Source: a virus | Lineage: Duplodnaviria; Heunggongvirae; Uroviricota; Caudoviricetes | Virus record (IMG/VR): IMGVR_UViG_3300034102_002177 | Direction: 5' to 3' (one strand) | DNA: 64,000 nucleotides | Part shown: piece after piece, positions 48,101 through 58,514 of the stretch | Numbering within the stretch: the first letter of the stretch is position 1 | Layout: every line of letters starts with the position of its first letter | The notes under the pieces: model-generated | The model's input: only the letters and a program-made list of their open reading frames with translations | What the model was told of the DNA's origin: nothing | Databases searched by the model: none | Translations under genes and position numbers: made by a program

Positions 48101-50787
48101 TATCAGTTCCTTTACAGTATGCAGCAACTAATGGTGCGGCATCCAATGTCTTCATTAATATTATACAAACTGGTGATACAGTCACGGCAACAACTAAATC
48201 GGATTATTTAAAATACCCAACAGACATGGAATATTTCCAAGTTATAACGGGAGTTACTGTGTCACAATTTATAACAATGGCAAATTTTACAAATAATACG
48301 TTATTTCCTGAAAGATTTTTAAGACACAAAATAAGTTATATAATATCTCGTCCGTCATCTGTATCACCCAATACTCCGGCATCTTATTCAATATCATTTC
48401 CAATTACACCACCTACATTTATTAACGGTAACACATATAATAACGTAAATAATATACCACAACTCCAAGTGAATAATTTCGATTCACTCGATTCATTGGC
48501 CAATAATTTAAATTATGAGGTAATAATGTTTGTTAGAGGTGTGGATCCACATACAGAAAAACAAAATATAAGTTACGATCTTTCTCGTATTTTTGGTAAT
48601 ACAACATGGAACGTTCCGGGATTAACGGTTATTGGTGATTATTATCTTAACCAACCAATTAAACCTGTTGGATCCGCACCATTAAGTCATAATACATCAA
48701 ATAACACAGTAAACAATTTATATTTCCCATCATTTACATTTAATATAACTCCATCAAATTACACTGGATTTACATCAACATTACCATATTATTATTTATC
48801 AACAGACGATACGACGACAACCCCGTATAATGCCAACACAAACCCATATACACCCGTGGCGGGAATACCATTCCAACAAAAATCACTACTTTCCTCAAAC
48901 CCATGGACTTTACTTGGTAATACAAACTTTACGTTACCAAGATTACAACCAGATTATATTGGTGGTGGACCATTTATTGCGGCTTCATTTAATACTTCAT
49001 TTACAACAGCTGGTGTTTTTTACACAACAGTTCCAAATGAAGATACGTATGGATACCCAATAGGGTCTAATCAGTTTTATGGTTTATATTCTCCGGCGTA
49101 TTTCAAGTATACTTCATTATTAGGTGTTAACTTTAGTAATAGTGGTAGAATTGTTATGAGAAGTGATAGGTTACCAACGTCTACTTGTGTTGACACTGCA
49201 CCTGGTAATAGAACTGCGTATGCCTTACATCAAAATAATAAATTTTGTTATTATAAAACAGATGGGGTAATAAATCAAGAAACAAATAGTTTTGCAAGTA
49301 TTTATGAAATTGCGGAAAATTTAGATCAGTTTAGTGGTAATACAGGTTTAACACAAACATTAACTTGTGAAGGTTTAATTTCCTTAGAATGTTATTCAGG
49401 TAGTGGAAATAATGTGGGAGTTATACCGGCTAACCAATGTTCTATTGCTGAAAATAGAGTTACTAAAGGTTGTTATTGTTTACTAAATAAAGATAATAGT
49501 GATAACGATAAACATTATTATTTAATAAGAAAGGCGTTTGGTGATGATGCTAGATTGTTTATGGAGTGGAAAACAAGGTTTACTTTAGTATTTGCAACTT
49601 GTAGAGGAGTATTCGCACAAACTTTCCAAAACAATTGGATAAATGGTACGTTATATATGCCATCATTTAATAAGAGATCAATATATCCTGCAAATAATCT
49701 CACCAATATATCAACACCTAATTATGTATATTGTAAAGATATTGTTGTATACAATAATATAAGTAATAATTTTTATTATAGAAGTTCACCATGGAGTGAT
49801 AATTCACAAGAATTTATTGGTAAAGAAATACCACAATCACCAAATTGGATAACACTTAATTTTAAACCTGGATATAACGATAAAAATATAATGTTCCCAA
49901 CTACAATATTAGACATGGGACCAAGAGATTCATATATAAGTGAAATTTGTAATAATCCTAATTTTAAGGGATATATGAGTGATCAATATAGATCAACTAG
50001 TTATAATGATAATTCTGATATTATACAAATTGGATTTTTATCAAGAATATTGAATGAAAGCTTTAGACAAAGAATGATACCTATTACAACCGGAGGTAAT
50101 AATTCGGAAGGTAAAGGTATAACTCAATTTTTTAATAGTAGTAGAGGTGGAGATAGAATTGATGGTGATTTTGCTCAGGCATTATCAATTAACTCTGAAT
50201 TTAAAATAAGTCCATTTATTGATGAAAATTATGGTAATGTGGATATTTTTATTGGTGATGATGGTCAAACACCACCAACAAGTAGACCAGTATTCGGAGT
50301 GTTTTATAGATCATCAAATGTTGAATATTCATATAGAAGAAAATTAACGCCAGGAATTGAAATTTATAACATATCGCCTTTATTACAAGATGCTTATGGA
50401 CACCCTAAAACTCAAGTGGTACCACATTATAAATGGATATTACAACCATCTAATGTTATTTTTGGTGCGGAATCTAATAATTGGTATACAAACCCTAACC
50501 AAAGTGGTGGTGTTGGATTCTTCAAAAAAGGGTATCAAGATTTAGATTATAGTGTTGATCCTTATTTTACAACACCGGCATTACAACCTGGTAATCCATT
50601 ACCGTTATTACCTCAAGGTTTTATAACAAATTTTAATCAAAATACAGGATTACCTGAGCCTTCATTCACAGTAAATGGTAATGTTTATTTGGTTGGAGCT
50701 CCAAGTCATTTTTATTTTGGGTTAAATAATGGAAAAACGGCGATGAATAGATTCATAAAAAAATATATTGATACTGCAGACATATAA
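45121..50787 (+). CDS. Very large baseplate-associated protein with carboxypeptidase-regulatory-like N-terminal domain and hydrophobic helical segment
   Basis: 1888 aa; GRV..NNGYGVPNARVSVF...TNDSGDYMIFGVP.G; hydrophobic tract at about 46873-47210. Confidence 0.6.
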   Translation: MPKSYRIRTTPGTEKTINIQLEQDFEFLEILSLKINQGDIYNRMCSDYGVIIGRVLVNNGYGVPNARVSVFIPIDDIDIDNPIISELYPYQTLSDVSADGYRYNLLPKDPSYTGHAATGTFPSKEEILTDQSYVEVYDKYYRFSVRTNDSGDYMIFGVPTGTQTILMDVDLSDIGCFSLSPQDLIDSGVAVESQVNGSKFKTSTNLSELPQIVTLNKIIEVAPLWGEPEICLLGITRADFDLTASANISIKPNAVFMGSLISTTDDDAVRATTCKPKNDTGNLCELIAGPGQILTIRQTIDIDQDGRPILETHELDEDGKVIDTDGAFLINVPMNLNYIITNEFGEQVLSNDPKKGIPTKGKYRFKFKWQNEQGLQNSFLRGHFLVPNIKEHGWVTSAIDPLINYPTTQYQFTLPNGTLTSTFSLNNTSTGGLVLDNKINVQSFTVLLNGNPYFGDLESIPITVIPTTFTINVVPTNPGTLTQFNYTFYQQPTFDALRSYAFSLDWNDYGDNTTVVGQQMIQEAINCEDKFYEFNYNKIYTTSMFLDRYKKGAGRAKHLGIKEIDDRACKSTVNTFPVNDIIRNFDFIFFLFNLLMNILAIPILIILWIAHFIALIWPVLKYLLIVLGIYLGYQAVQQGIDVINSLLEFTAVSIPGGPVINAGLILRVAAQLLAALFKLALSLAFIAFTAIYLVKINNFPRLGLPMLSYPECTSCDCDCGNAEIDDDIDENTVNASIEEQQNGLDDSNIQYAQSTSFIAPVNLSSAYNVNHPNLENFPGEDSDDNDKGYFYAAGSFGPSIQYKSLLNRVVDDQVGGDVVVDAVLDFRRLFSGYDILSSTTDPNAFNKYHAPQPFLFAAEKDLGVHYRWFGFPRTETYPQKLNEFNTRDKYFGNNSPNVIRTTVNPQLSVAPYNLGTQSTFTDQIIVVLANPGTAQQLGIGEIVTFQDPNFDNGLVIKRNINLTGATLNDFGNNSVTGTTVLSAAPNTTANVVPISVPLQYAATNGAASNVFINIIQTGDTVTATTKSDYLKYPTDMEYFQVITGVTVSQFITMANFTNNTLFPERFLRHKISYIISRPSSVSPNTPASYSISFPITPPTFINGNTYNNVNNIPQLQVNNFDSLDSLANNLNYEVIMFVRGVDPHTEKQNISYDLSRIFGNTTWNVPGLTVIGDYYLNQPIKPVGSAPLSHNTSNNTVNNLYFPSFTFNITPSNYTGFTSTLPYYYLSTDDTTTTPYNANTNPYTPVAGIPFQQKSLLSSNPWTLLGNTNFTLPRLQPDYIGGGPFIAASFNTSFTTAGVFYTTVPNEDTYGYPIGSNQFYGLYSPAYFKYTSLLGVNFSNSGRIVMRSDRLPTSTCVDTAPGNRTAYALHQNNKFCYYKTDGVINQETNSFASIYEIAENLDQFSGNTGLTQTLTCEGLISLECYSGSGNNVGVIPANQCSIAENRVTKGCYCLLNKDNSDNDKHYYLIRKAFGDDARLFMEWKTRFTLVFATCRGVFAQTFQNNWINGTLYMPSFNKRSIYPANNLTNISTPNYVYCKDIVVYNNISNNFYYRSSPWSDNSQEFIGKEIPQSPNWITLNFKPGYNDKNIMFPTTILDMGPRDSYISEICNNPNFKGYMSDQYRSTSYNDNSDIIQIGFLSRILNESFRQRMIPITTGGNNSEGKGITQFFNSSRGGDRIDGDFAQALSINSEFKISPFIDENYGNVDIFIGDDGQTPPTSRPVFGVFYRSSNVEYSYRRKLTPGIEIYNISPLLQDAYGHPKTQVVPHYKWILQPSNVIFGAESNNWYTNPNQSGGVGFFKKGYQDLDYSVDPYFTTPALQPGNPLPLLPQGFITNFNQNTGLPEPSFTVNGNVYLVGAPSHFYFGLNNGKTAMNRFIKKYIDTADI

Positions 50788-52556
50788 TGGGAGTAAATGA
50801 CACAACAAAAATTGTTTTAGGGTCTTTGAGATACAAAGCGTCCCCAAATACGGTATTGTCCGTAAATGTTGATTTAAATCAAAATGAAAAAGAATTAATT
50901 GAATTTGATAGAAATGTTGATTTGGGGTTACAACAAGTTTTTAGTGATGAAAGACAAAGGGGGACTATTTTTAGACCTGTGACAAAATATTCGGTCATTT
51001 TTAAAAATACATATACGGGAACAACAAATTATGCTCCTTTTAAAAACAACCTATATTACACTAATGCAATTGCTAACACAATTTCTACGTTTCCTAATGG
51101 TAACTTACCCCCAATACAACCTAACTTAAGTGTGCTTTGGGAGGGATATCCTCAATATTTTGAATTTGATTTTATAAGAACCGACAATAATATTGTTGGT
51201 TATACCGTACCACCAAATAACCATATAAATTTTGTTAATAAAAGTGCCAGTACATATAATTGGACACATTATATCAGTTATGGTTTTACTAATGAACCCA
51301 ATAGACAAATGTATGCTATTGATAATATAACAACCGCAAGTTGGGCTTGGGTTGCTTCAGATGGTATACCATTTATAATTAGTCAAGGTAATGATGATTT
51401 CGGACCCGTCATTTCATTTAGATGTCCAATGAAACATGGTTTAAATGTTAATGAGTTTGTTGAACTATCTTTAACTTATAATAACACAAGTATATTTCAG
51501 GTAATTAGTTTGGGGGATCCGGCTTTTGGTAGTAATGAATATATTTTTAACATATATAATATTGGATATATTGGTACAACGTTTAATAATGGTAACATTG
51601 GTACGTTTAAAAGGGTTATTAATAGAAGTAACCTTAATGAAACTAAATCGGAATATTATGTAAGAGTTCATAAAATTTTAACAAACGCTGAAGATGCGGT
51701 TTTAGTAAAGGCTGGTTTTGAACAAAATATTTATATTCCAAAAACTAAATTTGAAACCGCGGTGTTGACACCAAATAATGTGTCAAGATCATCTGTTAAA
51801 GAAGGGGGTCAAGCATATTCTCTTTCTTTTAATGTGGATATTGATGTACAACCACTTAGGGATAATCAAAACAGACCTATATCCGAATTATACTTTACAA
51901 CGGTATGGAAAGGATATTTTGGGTGGACAAAAAGATTAAAACAAGGTTGGGATTTTAATACACCACTTAGTAATACGATACCCAATCCTTGGTGGGACGT
52001 TTCAAACCCTTTATCTAATACAAATATCTCAACTAATACATACAATAGTTTAACAGTTCCACCGGTTGGACCATTTATTTTTAATGAAAATCTTAAATCT
52101 GGTGACTTAATTGATGGTGATTATTGTGAGTGGAATGATTATGAACAAACTGAAAGGGTGATTTCGAGGTACAATCAAAAAATTACATTTAATCAAAATT
52201 ATTTTGGGTTAAATACAGATGCCCCACAATCTAATCAATTTGGTTATTATTATAAACCCCATGACCCAATAGTAATAAGAAGATATTCAACATATGTTGA
52301 GGAAGGAGACCCATTAAAAGTTGTTAACATTCCTGATTACGCTTTTTATTCAAACTTATCAAATAGTTTTAGATGGAGAGATATATATCCATATGGGTTT
52401 GTTGATAACGATGGGGTTGGAGTTGACTATCCATTTATAAATGGTAAACATTACCCATTTGTAAACACCATTTTTAGAATAACACCTGAAGGTGATAATG
52501 TGGGTATTGATGACATAACCGTAATAGCAGAACCAATAGTAGATGATTGTGAATAA
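50787..52556 (+). CDS. Putative virion structural protein
   Basis: 589 aa, Asn/Thr/aromatic-rich, TAATG-coupled within the baseplate operon. Confidence 0.55.
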   Translation: MGVNDTTKIVLGSLRYKASPNTVLSVNVDLNQNEKELIEFDRNVDLGLQQVFSDERQRGTIFRPVTKYSVIFKNTYTGTTNYAPFKNNLYYTNAIANTISTFPNGNLPPIQPNLSVLWEGYPQYFEFDFIRTDNNIVGYTVPPNNHINFVNKSASTYNWTHYISYGFTNEPNRQMYAIDNITTASWAWVASDGIPFIISQGNDDFGPVISFRCPMKHGLNVNEFVELSLTYNNTSIFQVISLGDPAFGSNEYIFNIYNIGYIGTTFNNGNIGTFKRVINRSNLNETKSEYYVRVHKILTNAEDAVLVKAGFEQNIYIPKTKFETAVLTPNNVSRSSVKEGGQAYSLSFNVDIDVQPLRDNQNRPISELYFTTVWKGYFGWTKRLKQGWDFNTPLSNTIPNPWWDVSNPLSNTNISTNTYNSLTVPPVGPFIFNENLKSGDLIDGDYCEWNDYEQTERVISRYNQKITFNQNYFGLNTDAPQSNQFGYYYKPHDPIVIRRYSTYVEEGDPLKVVNIPDYAFYSNLSNSFRWRDIYPYGFVDNDGVGVDYPFINGKHYPFVNTIFRITPEGDNVGIDDITVIAEPIVDDCE

Positions 52557-53364
52557 ATATAAAATAGTTTTACCTGAGAACGATCAGTATCTTAATATTC
52601 CTTTGGAAATGAATTGGGATTTTCTTGGAAGGGATGATAGTATTGAAGTTTATCAGGAAACAATGATCAAAGAGGTAATTGGTTCCGTAAATGATTTTGA
52701 GGTACTTCAGTTTTCTCATAATGAGTATGTTGATAATTTAAATTTTGAAAAAACAAATATAAATTATGAATTTTATTTTTATGATAATGTATCACCTATA
52801 ACCTCACCATTGGTTACTAGTACAAATTGGAATAATAGTTATTTAGATGAAGGTTTTACAGTTGATGAGGTTTATTATTACTCAAAACCATTTACTAAAT
52901 CATTTTTTAAATTGGATTTATATGATACTGATGATGAAAAAACTCAAGTATTATATTTAACGATTATTTTACCTGTACAACAAGGATTTACCCAATCTGT
53001 ATCATTAACAACCTTACTTTCTAATGTTGATATAAGAATACCAAAATTTAGTTTGGATTATGTTGGTGATAAAGAGGGATTTCATATATATTGGTTAAGA
53101 AAACAAGAATATATTGATATAAGTGAATTCTATATGAGTGCTAAATTTTTTGATGCAAGATTGGGTGTTTATGTTAAAATGACAAACACGCCACAATCAA
53201 ACATTGCGAATAAATTCACATTTAATCCTAATGAATACTTTTACTACAAAGTGAATTTAGATTATATAAATAAAACTTATGAAGTTTATGCGACTTCTAA
53301 TTTAACACAAAGAGTTGGTATTGATGGATTCCCAATTTTGTGGTATGAATATGTAAACCCGTAA
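52543..53364 (+). CDS. Putative virion structural protein
   Basis: 273 aa, overlaps the previous ORF. Confidence 0.55.
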   Translation: MIVNKYKIVLPENDQYLNIPLEMNWDFLGRDDSIEVYQETMIKEVIGSVNDFEVLQFSHNEYVDNLNFEKTNINYEFYFYDNVSPITSPLVTSTNWNNSYLDEGFTVDEVYYYSKPFTKSFFKLDLYDTDDEKTQVLYLTIILPVQQGFTQSVSLTTLLSNVDIRIPKFSLDYVGDKEGFHIYWLRKQEYIDISEFYMSAKFFDARLGVYVKMTNTPQSNIANKFTFNPNEYFYYKVNLDYINKTYEVYATSNLTQRVGIDGFPILWYEYVNP

Positions 53365-53365
53365 G

Positions 53366-54538
53366 ATGGAAGAACAAAAATATTATTTTAAAATATCTCC
53401 CGAAAATGTTAAGAGAGACATTGTGGAAGTTACGTATATTGAGAATACCGGATATGCGTATAGTGCTGATCCTTGTTGTTCTATTACTTCGGTAACCCCC
53501 ACGACATTGACTGGATTTACGGGTGTGTACTCAGGTATGTCTCAGATTTTATCAGGGGGGACAAATGGTCAATCACTGTTAACGGGATTAACCATTCCAA
53601 TCCTTTTAACTGAGGTTGCAACTGATATTGGTTATTATTCTGTTTTTGATGGAGCAATATTACAAAAAGAAGTTATTACTAATTTTATATTTTCGGCAAC
53701 AACAAGTAATCCATACACGTTTTTTTTCTTTAATACTTCGGATACGGAGTTTAAAAAGTTTTTGTCCGTCTCAACGTATACTGTTGATTGGGGTGATGGG
53801 TCACCTATACAAACTGTAACAAGTCCAACACAATATACCCATGTTTACCCTGTTGTTAATCAAACTTTTACAATTACATTAAAGGCGACTTCACCTTGGG
53901 GGATATCTATTATAACCAAAACAGTTACGGTACCATTTACTAATGTACCAATTTTAAATCCTAATGGTGTGGCGACTTTTACTCCTGCTGGTGGAAGTTG
54001 GGCAAATACATCATTTAGTTATGATTACATTTTTTCGGGGGATTCAAATACAAATGTAAATGATTATATAAGTTCTAATTATACTACGGTACCATTTGTA
54101 ATTACAGGATTAACACAATCAAATGTTAATGATTTAAGAGTGTATGGGCCAACATATAATTTATTTGGTGGTAAATTTAAATTAGGTATACAAGTTACGG
54201 GTACATCAGAATCTGTTGGGACTTATTGGGGACCAGATCCAACAAATACATATACTGCATATACAATTAATGATATTCTTTATTATGATTATAATGATGG
54301 TACTACAATATATGTCATTGATTCATCTGGATTTACGCAAAATGATTTAATATTATCGGCGATAACTAAAAATGAGGCATTGCTTAATGTGGTTGATCAA
54401 CCCGAAATTCAAACAGATGTATATGTTGAAAGAGGTAAAAATTCAGCATTAGAATTCGTTGAACGACTTGGTGAAGTGGATAATGTTGGGGACTTAGAAA
54501 AATATGGATATGGATTTTTTAATGTTGAAAAACAATGA
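53366..54538 (+). CDS. Putative structural protein with a PKD/Ig-like domain
   Basis: YTVDWGDGSP...YTHVY...FTITL is the PKD WDFGDG-type signature. Confidence 0.65.
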   Translation: MEEQKYYFKISPENVKRDIVEVTYIENTGYAYSADPCCSITSVTPTTLTGFTGVYSGMSQILSGGTNGQSLLTGLTIPILLTEVATDIGYYSVFDGAILQKEVITNFIFSATTSNPYTFFFFNTSDTEFKKFLSVSTYTVDWGDGSPIQTVTSPTQYTHVYPVVNQTFTITLKATSPWGISIITKTVTVPFTNVPILNPNGVATFTPAGGSWANTSFSYDYIFSGDSNTNVNDYISSNYTTVPFVITGLTQSNVNDLRVYGPTYNLFGGKFKLGIQVTGTSESVGTYWGPDPTNTYTAYTINDILYYDYNDGTTIYVIDSSGFTQNDLILSAITKNEALLNVVDQPEIQTDVYVERGKNSALEFVERLGEVDNVGDLEKYGYGFFNVEKQ

Positions 54539-54588
54539 TTTTGAGTATTTATATTTAAACGATAAACAAATTTTAAAAACTAATAATT

Positions 54589-55497
54589 GTGGCTACAGGT
54601 AATTACGGAACAATAAGAAGTGCTGATGTGAGTCCTGATGACGTAGAAATAATTTTAAATTATACACCATCAAGAGACGAAACGGACAATTTCGTACTAA
54701 CAAAATTAAATGCTAGTACTGTATTACGACCATATTTCCACAATGGAACTACTGGTGGTAATGCGAATGTTGAAATACTTGGGGGTTTATATAATCTTAA
54801 ATTACCAACCGATCAATTTAACCAATTAGGGATTTACACACTATATATAAGACCTGCGGAAATTAGAACTAAAATTCTTGACTGTGGTATTTTATCTGCA
54901 TTACCAAATGTTAAAGGTATCGTTGTAGACATCAATAATGTACCATCTAACTTTAGAAACAAATTTATTAATCAAGGTTTAGTTGGTTTTAGAGTTGAAT
55001 ATTTAAATTCTGATGGAACAAAAATTCCTAACTTCTTTAGGATAATAACCTCATCATTTTATTGTGAACCTGTGGTTGAAAATTTAACAAACACTAGTCA
55101 AAAAGCGATAAGATATAGATATGTAGAAGCGTCAACAAACTTGATTTTTTGTACGTTATCACCATCATCATCACCAACCAATAAACCAAATGCAACACCA
55201 TTTATTGGACAACCTGATCAAAATATTATAATCTCAAATACATTCTTCAACCCAACAACGGTTGAAATTGAAATTGTTGAACACGATATATCAACATTGG
55301 CGATTGCGTTATACGGTAATCAAACCAAATCTATGGATGATGGTATATACACCATTTACGATAGTGATAACAATATCTACAAACAATACAACCTTTATGA
55401 GATTAGAGATCAATTTAATAATTTATTATATGAGGTAAGACAAGATAGAGGTGATAACATTGATTTTAGTAAAAACTTCTCAAATATAACTTCATAA
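54589..55497 (+). CDS. Putative structural protein
   Basis: 302 aa, GTG start, TATTTAT motif upstream at 54546-52. Confidence 0.55.
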   Translation: MATGNYGTIRSADVSPDDVEIILNYTPSRDETDNFVLTKLNASTVLRPYFHNGTTGGNANVEILGGLYNLKLPTDQFNQLGIYTLYIRPAEIRTKILDCGILSALPNVKGIVVDINNVPSNFRNKFINQGLVGFRVEYLNSDGTKIPNFFRIITSSFYCEPVVENLTNTSQKAIRYRYVEASTNLIFCTLSPSSSPTNKPNATPFIGQPDQNIIISNTFFNPTTVEIEIVEHDISTLAIALYGNQTKSMDDGIYTIYDSDNNIYKQYNLYEIRDQFNNLLYEVRQDRGDNIDFSKNFSNITS

Positions 55498-58400
55498 TGG
55501 CGGTAAATAAATATAAATGTCCTCCTCAGCCTGCCAGCGGTCAAGGCACTTTTTCTGACAACTTAGTTGGGTTACAATTAGTTGATGGGGGAGGTCTTAC
55601 CCAAGCAAATTTTGAGTTTACAACAAATATTACCGAAAAACAAAATAGAACATTTTCTATAGGATCTTTTTCTGATCCAATATCTTTAGATACGTTAAAT
55701 ATTAATAGTATTGAGGAATCAAAAAAATTAATTGCCGATAATTTTAGGGTTTATCCTAATTTTGATTTAAGTCAGGTAACTAATTTTACCATGTTTGGGT
55801 CTTTAACAAAAAGAATGTCAACTTCGGTAAGTAATATAATAAATTATTTTCCGGCTGCGTTAGACATACAAAGTACTCAACCTAATTTTGTTACATCTTT
55901 AACAGTACAAAATGCATCATATAATAGTGTTGAGGATGAAACATATTTTGAAATACCTATTTCAGTTATTAGGAATCCATTTGGTATTGACTACACTGTT
56001 GATGCCACAAGAAATATAGAACTAAGAGAAATTCCTGTTTCTTATTTAAGAAACTTTACAACTCAATATTTGAAATACTCGTTATTTTTAAATGATGTTG
56101 AATATCCTGTTTCTGATTTTATACCTGCGCAACCAACAGATACAGTTTTTAAAATATACGTTAATGGTAATCCATTTTTAAGTAATACAACAAGTAGTGA
56201 TAACTTCTTAATAAGACCAAAACAACTTTATGTAAATAAAGTTTTTAATGAAAATTTAGATCAGGTAGAAAATTTCCTACTTAATAGAAACATGGTTCCG
56301 ATTTATAGTGCGTATTTTCAAGTACCTATAGAGAATGAAGACGGTACATATTCATATGGTCAAGAAGTTGCAATATTTCCATTAATTGGTACGTGGAACT
56401 TAGATATTGTTTCACCAAAATTTACAAACTATTTAACAAAATTAAATACCATTGCTGAATATATTGATTTATATAAAACTAACTTAATAACAAGATTTTT
56501 AACCGCAGATGCAATCAAAGAATTTGATACTTCGGATAGAAAAATGGAAAAGGTTTTACAAATTTATGGTAGAAGTTTTGATGAGACAAGAAAATTCATT
56601 ACGGCTCTTGCCAACATGAATTCAGTTAATTATAATGTTAAAAATGATATACCATCACAATTACTTAAAAACTTAGCACAAACACTAGGGTGGAATATTA
56701 ACATATCCCCGATCACTAATGATCAGTTATTAAATGCTGTATTTAGTGACGGTAGTAATGCTTTTACAGGTTTGCCTCAAGGTCAAACACCTGAGGAATT
56801 AAACTACCAATATTTTAGAAACTTAATATTAAATTCCGCTTTTTTATTCAAATCAAAAGGTACAAGAAAATCAATAGAAATTTTATTAAGAATGGTTGGA
56901 GCTCCTGAAGCATTAACTGAATTTAATGAACACGTATATGTTGCTGATCAAAAAATTAATTTAAGACAATTTAATATACAATATGCTCAAATATCGGGAG
57001 GAACTTATTCCCAAGAATTACCTGTTTTAGATACGAATGATTTGTTTTCTATAATGGGTGTTCAGTACACAGGGTTTACAACAACAACAATTAGTCAGGA
57101 TGTATCATTAACGATAAATGATTATCCGATTGATAGTTATGGTTTCCCAAGTATGCCTGTACCAACAGATACGTATTTCTTTCAAATTGGAGGAGGTTGG
57201 TTTGAATCAACCCCACAACATAGGATGCCGGAACAAGTAGATTTAACAAATAGTGTGTTTACGGGGGCTAACCCTAATTATCAAACAAAATTATTACCAT
57301 TTAATTATGGTCAAGAATATTTGGAAAGATATCGTAGTTTCCCTTATATGAACTTAGGGTTTAACCTTAGAAAAACTGTGGATAACAAAAAAAGTTGGAC
57401 TGATAATGAAAAATATCTAAGAAAAAATTTTGATGGTAACTTTAATGCTTACTATGGGGTTTCTGATGATAGATTGGTTATAAATGTAAAAAATGTTGAT
57501 CTTTTTATGAATCCTGCTCAAGGGTTGGTTTATGATGTTTGGTCAATGTCAAGAAGATATAATTACCCAATACCGGAACAAGGTTTATTCTATGTAGACC
57601 CCACTTATTGTAATCCATATCCAAATATTGAATATCCAAACAGAGGAGGTATAGATTGGACGGTAATAGTACCAAAACCAAAACAAAAAACATTTTTTGA
57701 GTTTGCTCAAACGTTTTGGAAGAATATGATAAATGTAAGGAATAGACAGTTTATGACCGATGGTAAAACTAGTGGATATCCAACATTATCATCAATATAT
57801 TGGAAATATTTAGAGTCCGAACAAGCAATTAATGTTCCTAACGATAACTTCAATTATCAAACAATGATTGATTATGTTAATGGTATGGGCGATTATTGGA
57901 TTAGATTAGTTGAACAAATGATTCCGGCAACAACAATATGGAATACTGGTGTTAAGTACGAGAATTCAATTTTCCACAGACAAAAATTTGTGTGGAGAAG
58001 ACAAAGAGGTTGTGAAATTATTCCTGTCCCTTGTAAACCTTGTAAGTTAATTACTCAAATATTCTCATATGACTGTCCTGTACAGCAAACTGTTGTTGGA
58101 TTATATCCTTGGGATACAAATCCATCTATTACGTCTTTTGGGGCTCTTTTAGGTAGTTCATTAACCACTTATGGAAATGATATTAATGTGGATATTAATA
58201 ATGATTGTTTATTGAATACATTGGAAAGTGATTGGTATATTGATATTAGAATTGACGGGACACCAATAATAATTTATGAATTCTTTAATGGTGTTGGATA
58301 TTCAAACCCATCGTTAAGTGTTCCAACGGCAAATGACTGGATTAATGGTCTATATGACGCTTTAGTTGGTTTACTTGATTATGGTTTGGATTATATTATT

Positions 58401-58514
58401 AACACCGATGATCAAACTATAACTATATATAATAATAACTGTTTACCGTTAGATACTACCCAAAACTTTGAATTAAATGTTGGGATAAACTTTGATATAC
58501 TATGTAATCCGTGA
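55497..58514 (+). CDS. Baseplate/fibre attachment protein containing a P2 gpI / gp7-like segment
   Basis: IPSQLLKNLAQTLGW...FRNLILNSAFLFKSKGTRKSIEILLRMVG matches the tail protein I pattern. Confidence 0.7.
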   Translation: MAVNKYKCPPQPASGQGTFSDNLVGLQLVDGGGLTQANFEFTTNITEKQNRTFSIGSFSDPISLDTLNINSIEESKKLIADNFRVYPNFDLSQVTNFTMFGSLTKRMSTSVSNIINYFPAALDIQSTQPNFVTSLTVQNASYNSVEDETYFEIPISVIRNPFGIDYTVDATRNIELREIPVSYLRNFTTQYLKYSLFLNDVEYPVSDFIPAQPTDTVFKIYVNGNPFLSNTTSSDNFLIRPKQLYVNKVFNENLDQVENFLLNRNMVPIYSAYFQVPIENEDGTYSYGQEVAIFPLIGTWNLDIVSPKFTNYLTKLNTIAEYIDLYKTNLITRFLTADAIKEFDTSDRKMEKVLQIYGRSFDETRKFITALANMNSVNYNVKNDIPSQLLKNLAQTLGWNINISPITNDQLLNAVFSDGSNAFTGLPQGQTPEELNYQYFRNLILNSAFLFKSKGTRKSIEILLRMVGAPEALTEFNEHVYVADQKINLRQFNIQYAQISGGTYSQELPVLDTNDLFSIMGVQYTGFTTTTISQDVSLTINDYPIDSYGFPSMPVPTDTYFFQIGGGWFESTPQHRMPEQVDLTNSVFTGANPNYQTKLLPFNYGQEYLERYRSFPYMNLGFNLRKTVDNKKSWTDNEKYLRKNFDGNFNAYYGVSDDRLVINVKNVDLFMNPAQGLVYDVWSMSRRYNYPIPEQGLFYVDPTYCNPYPNIEYPNRGGIDWTVIVPKPKQKTFFEFAQTFWKNMINVRNRQFMTDGKTSGYPTLSSIYWKYLESEQAINVPNDNFNYQTMIDYVNGMGDYWIRLVEQMIPATTIWNTGVKYENSIFHRQKFVWRRQRGCEIIPVPCKPCKLITQIFSYDCPVQQTVVGLYPWDTNPSITSFGALLGSSLTTYGNDINVDINNDCLLNTLESDWYIDIRIDGTPIIIYEFFNGVGYSNPSLSVPTANDWINGLYDALVGLLDYGLDYIINTDDQTITIYNNNCLPLDTTQNFELNVGINFDILCNP

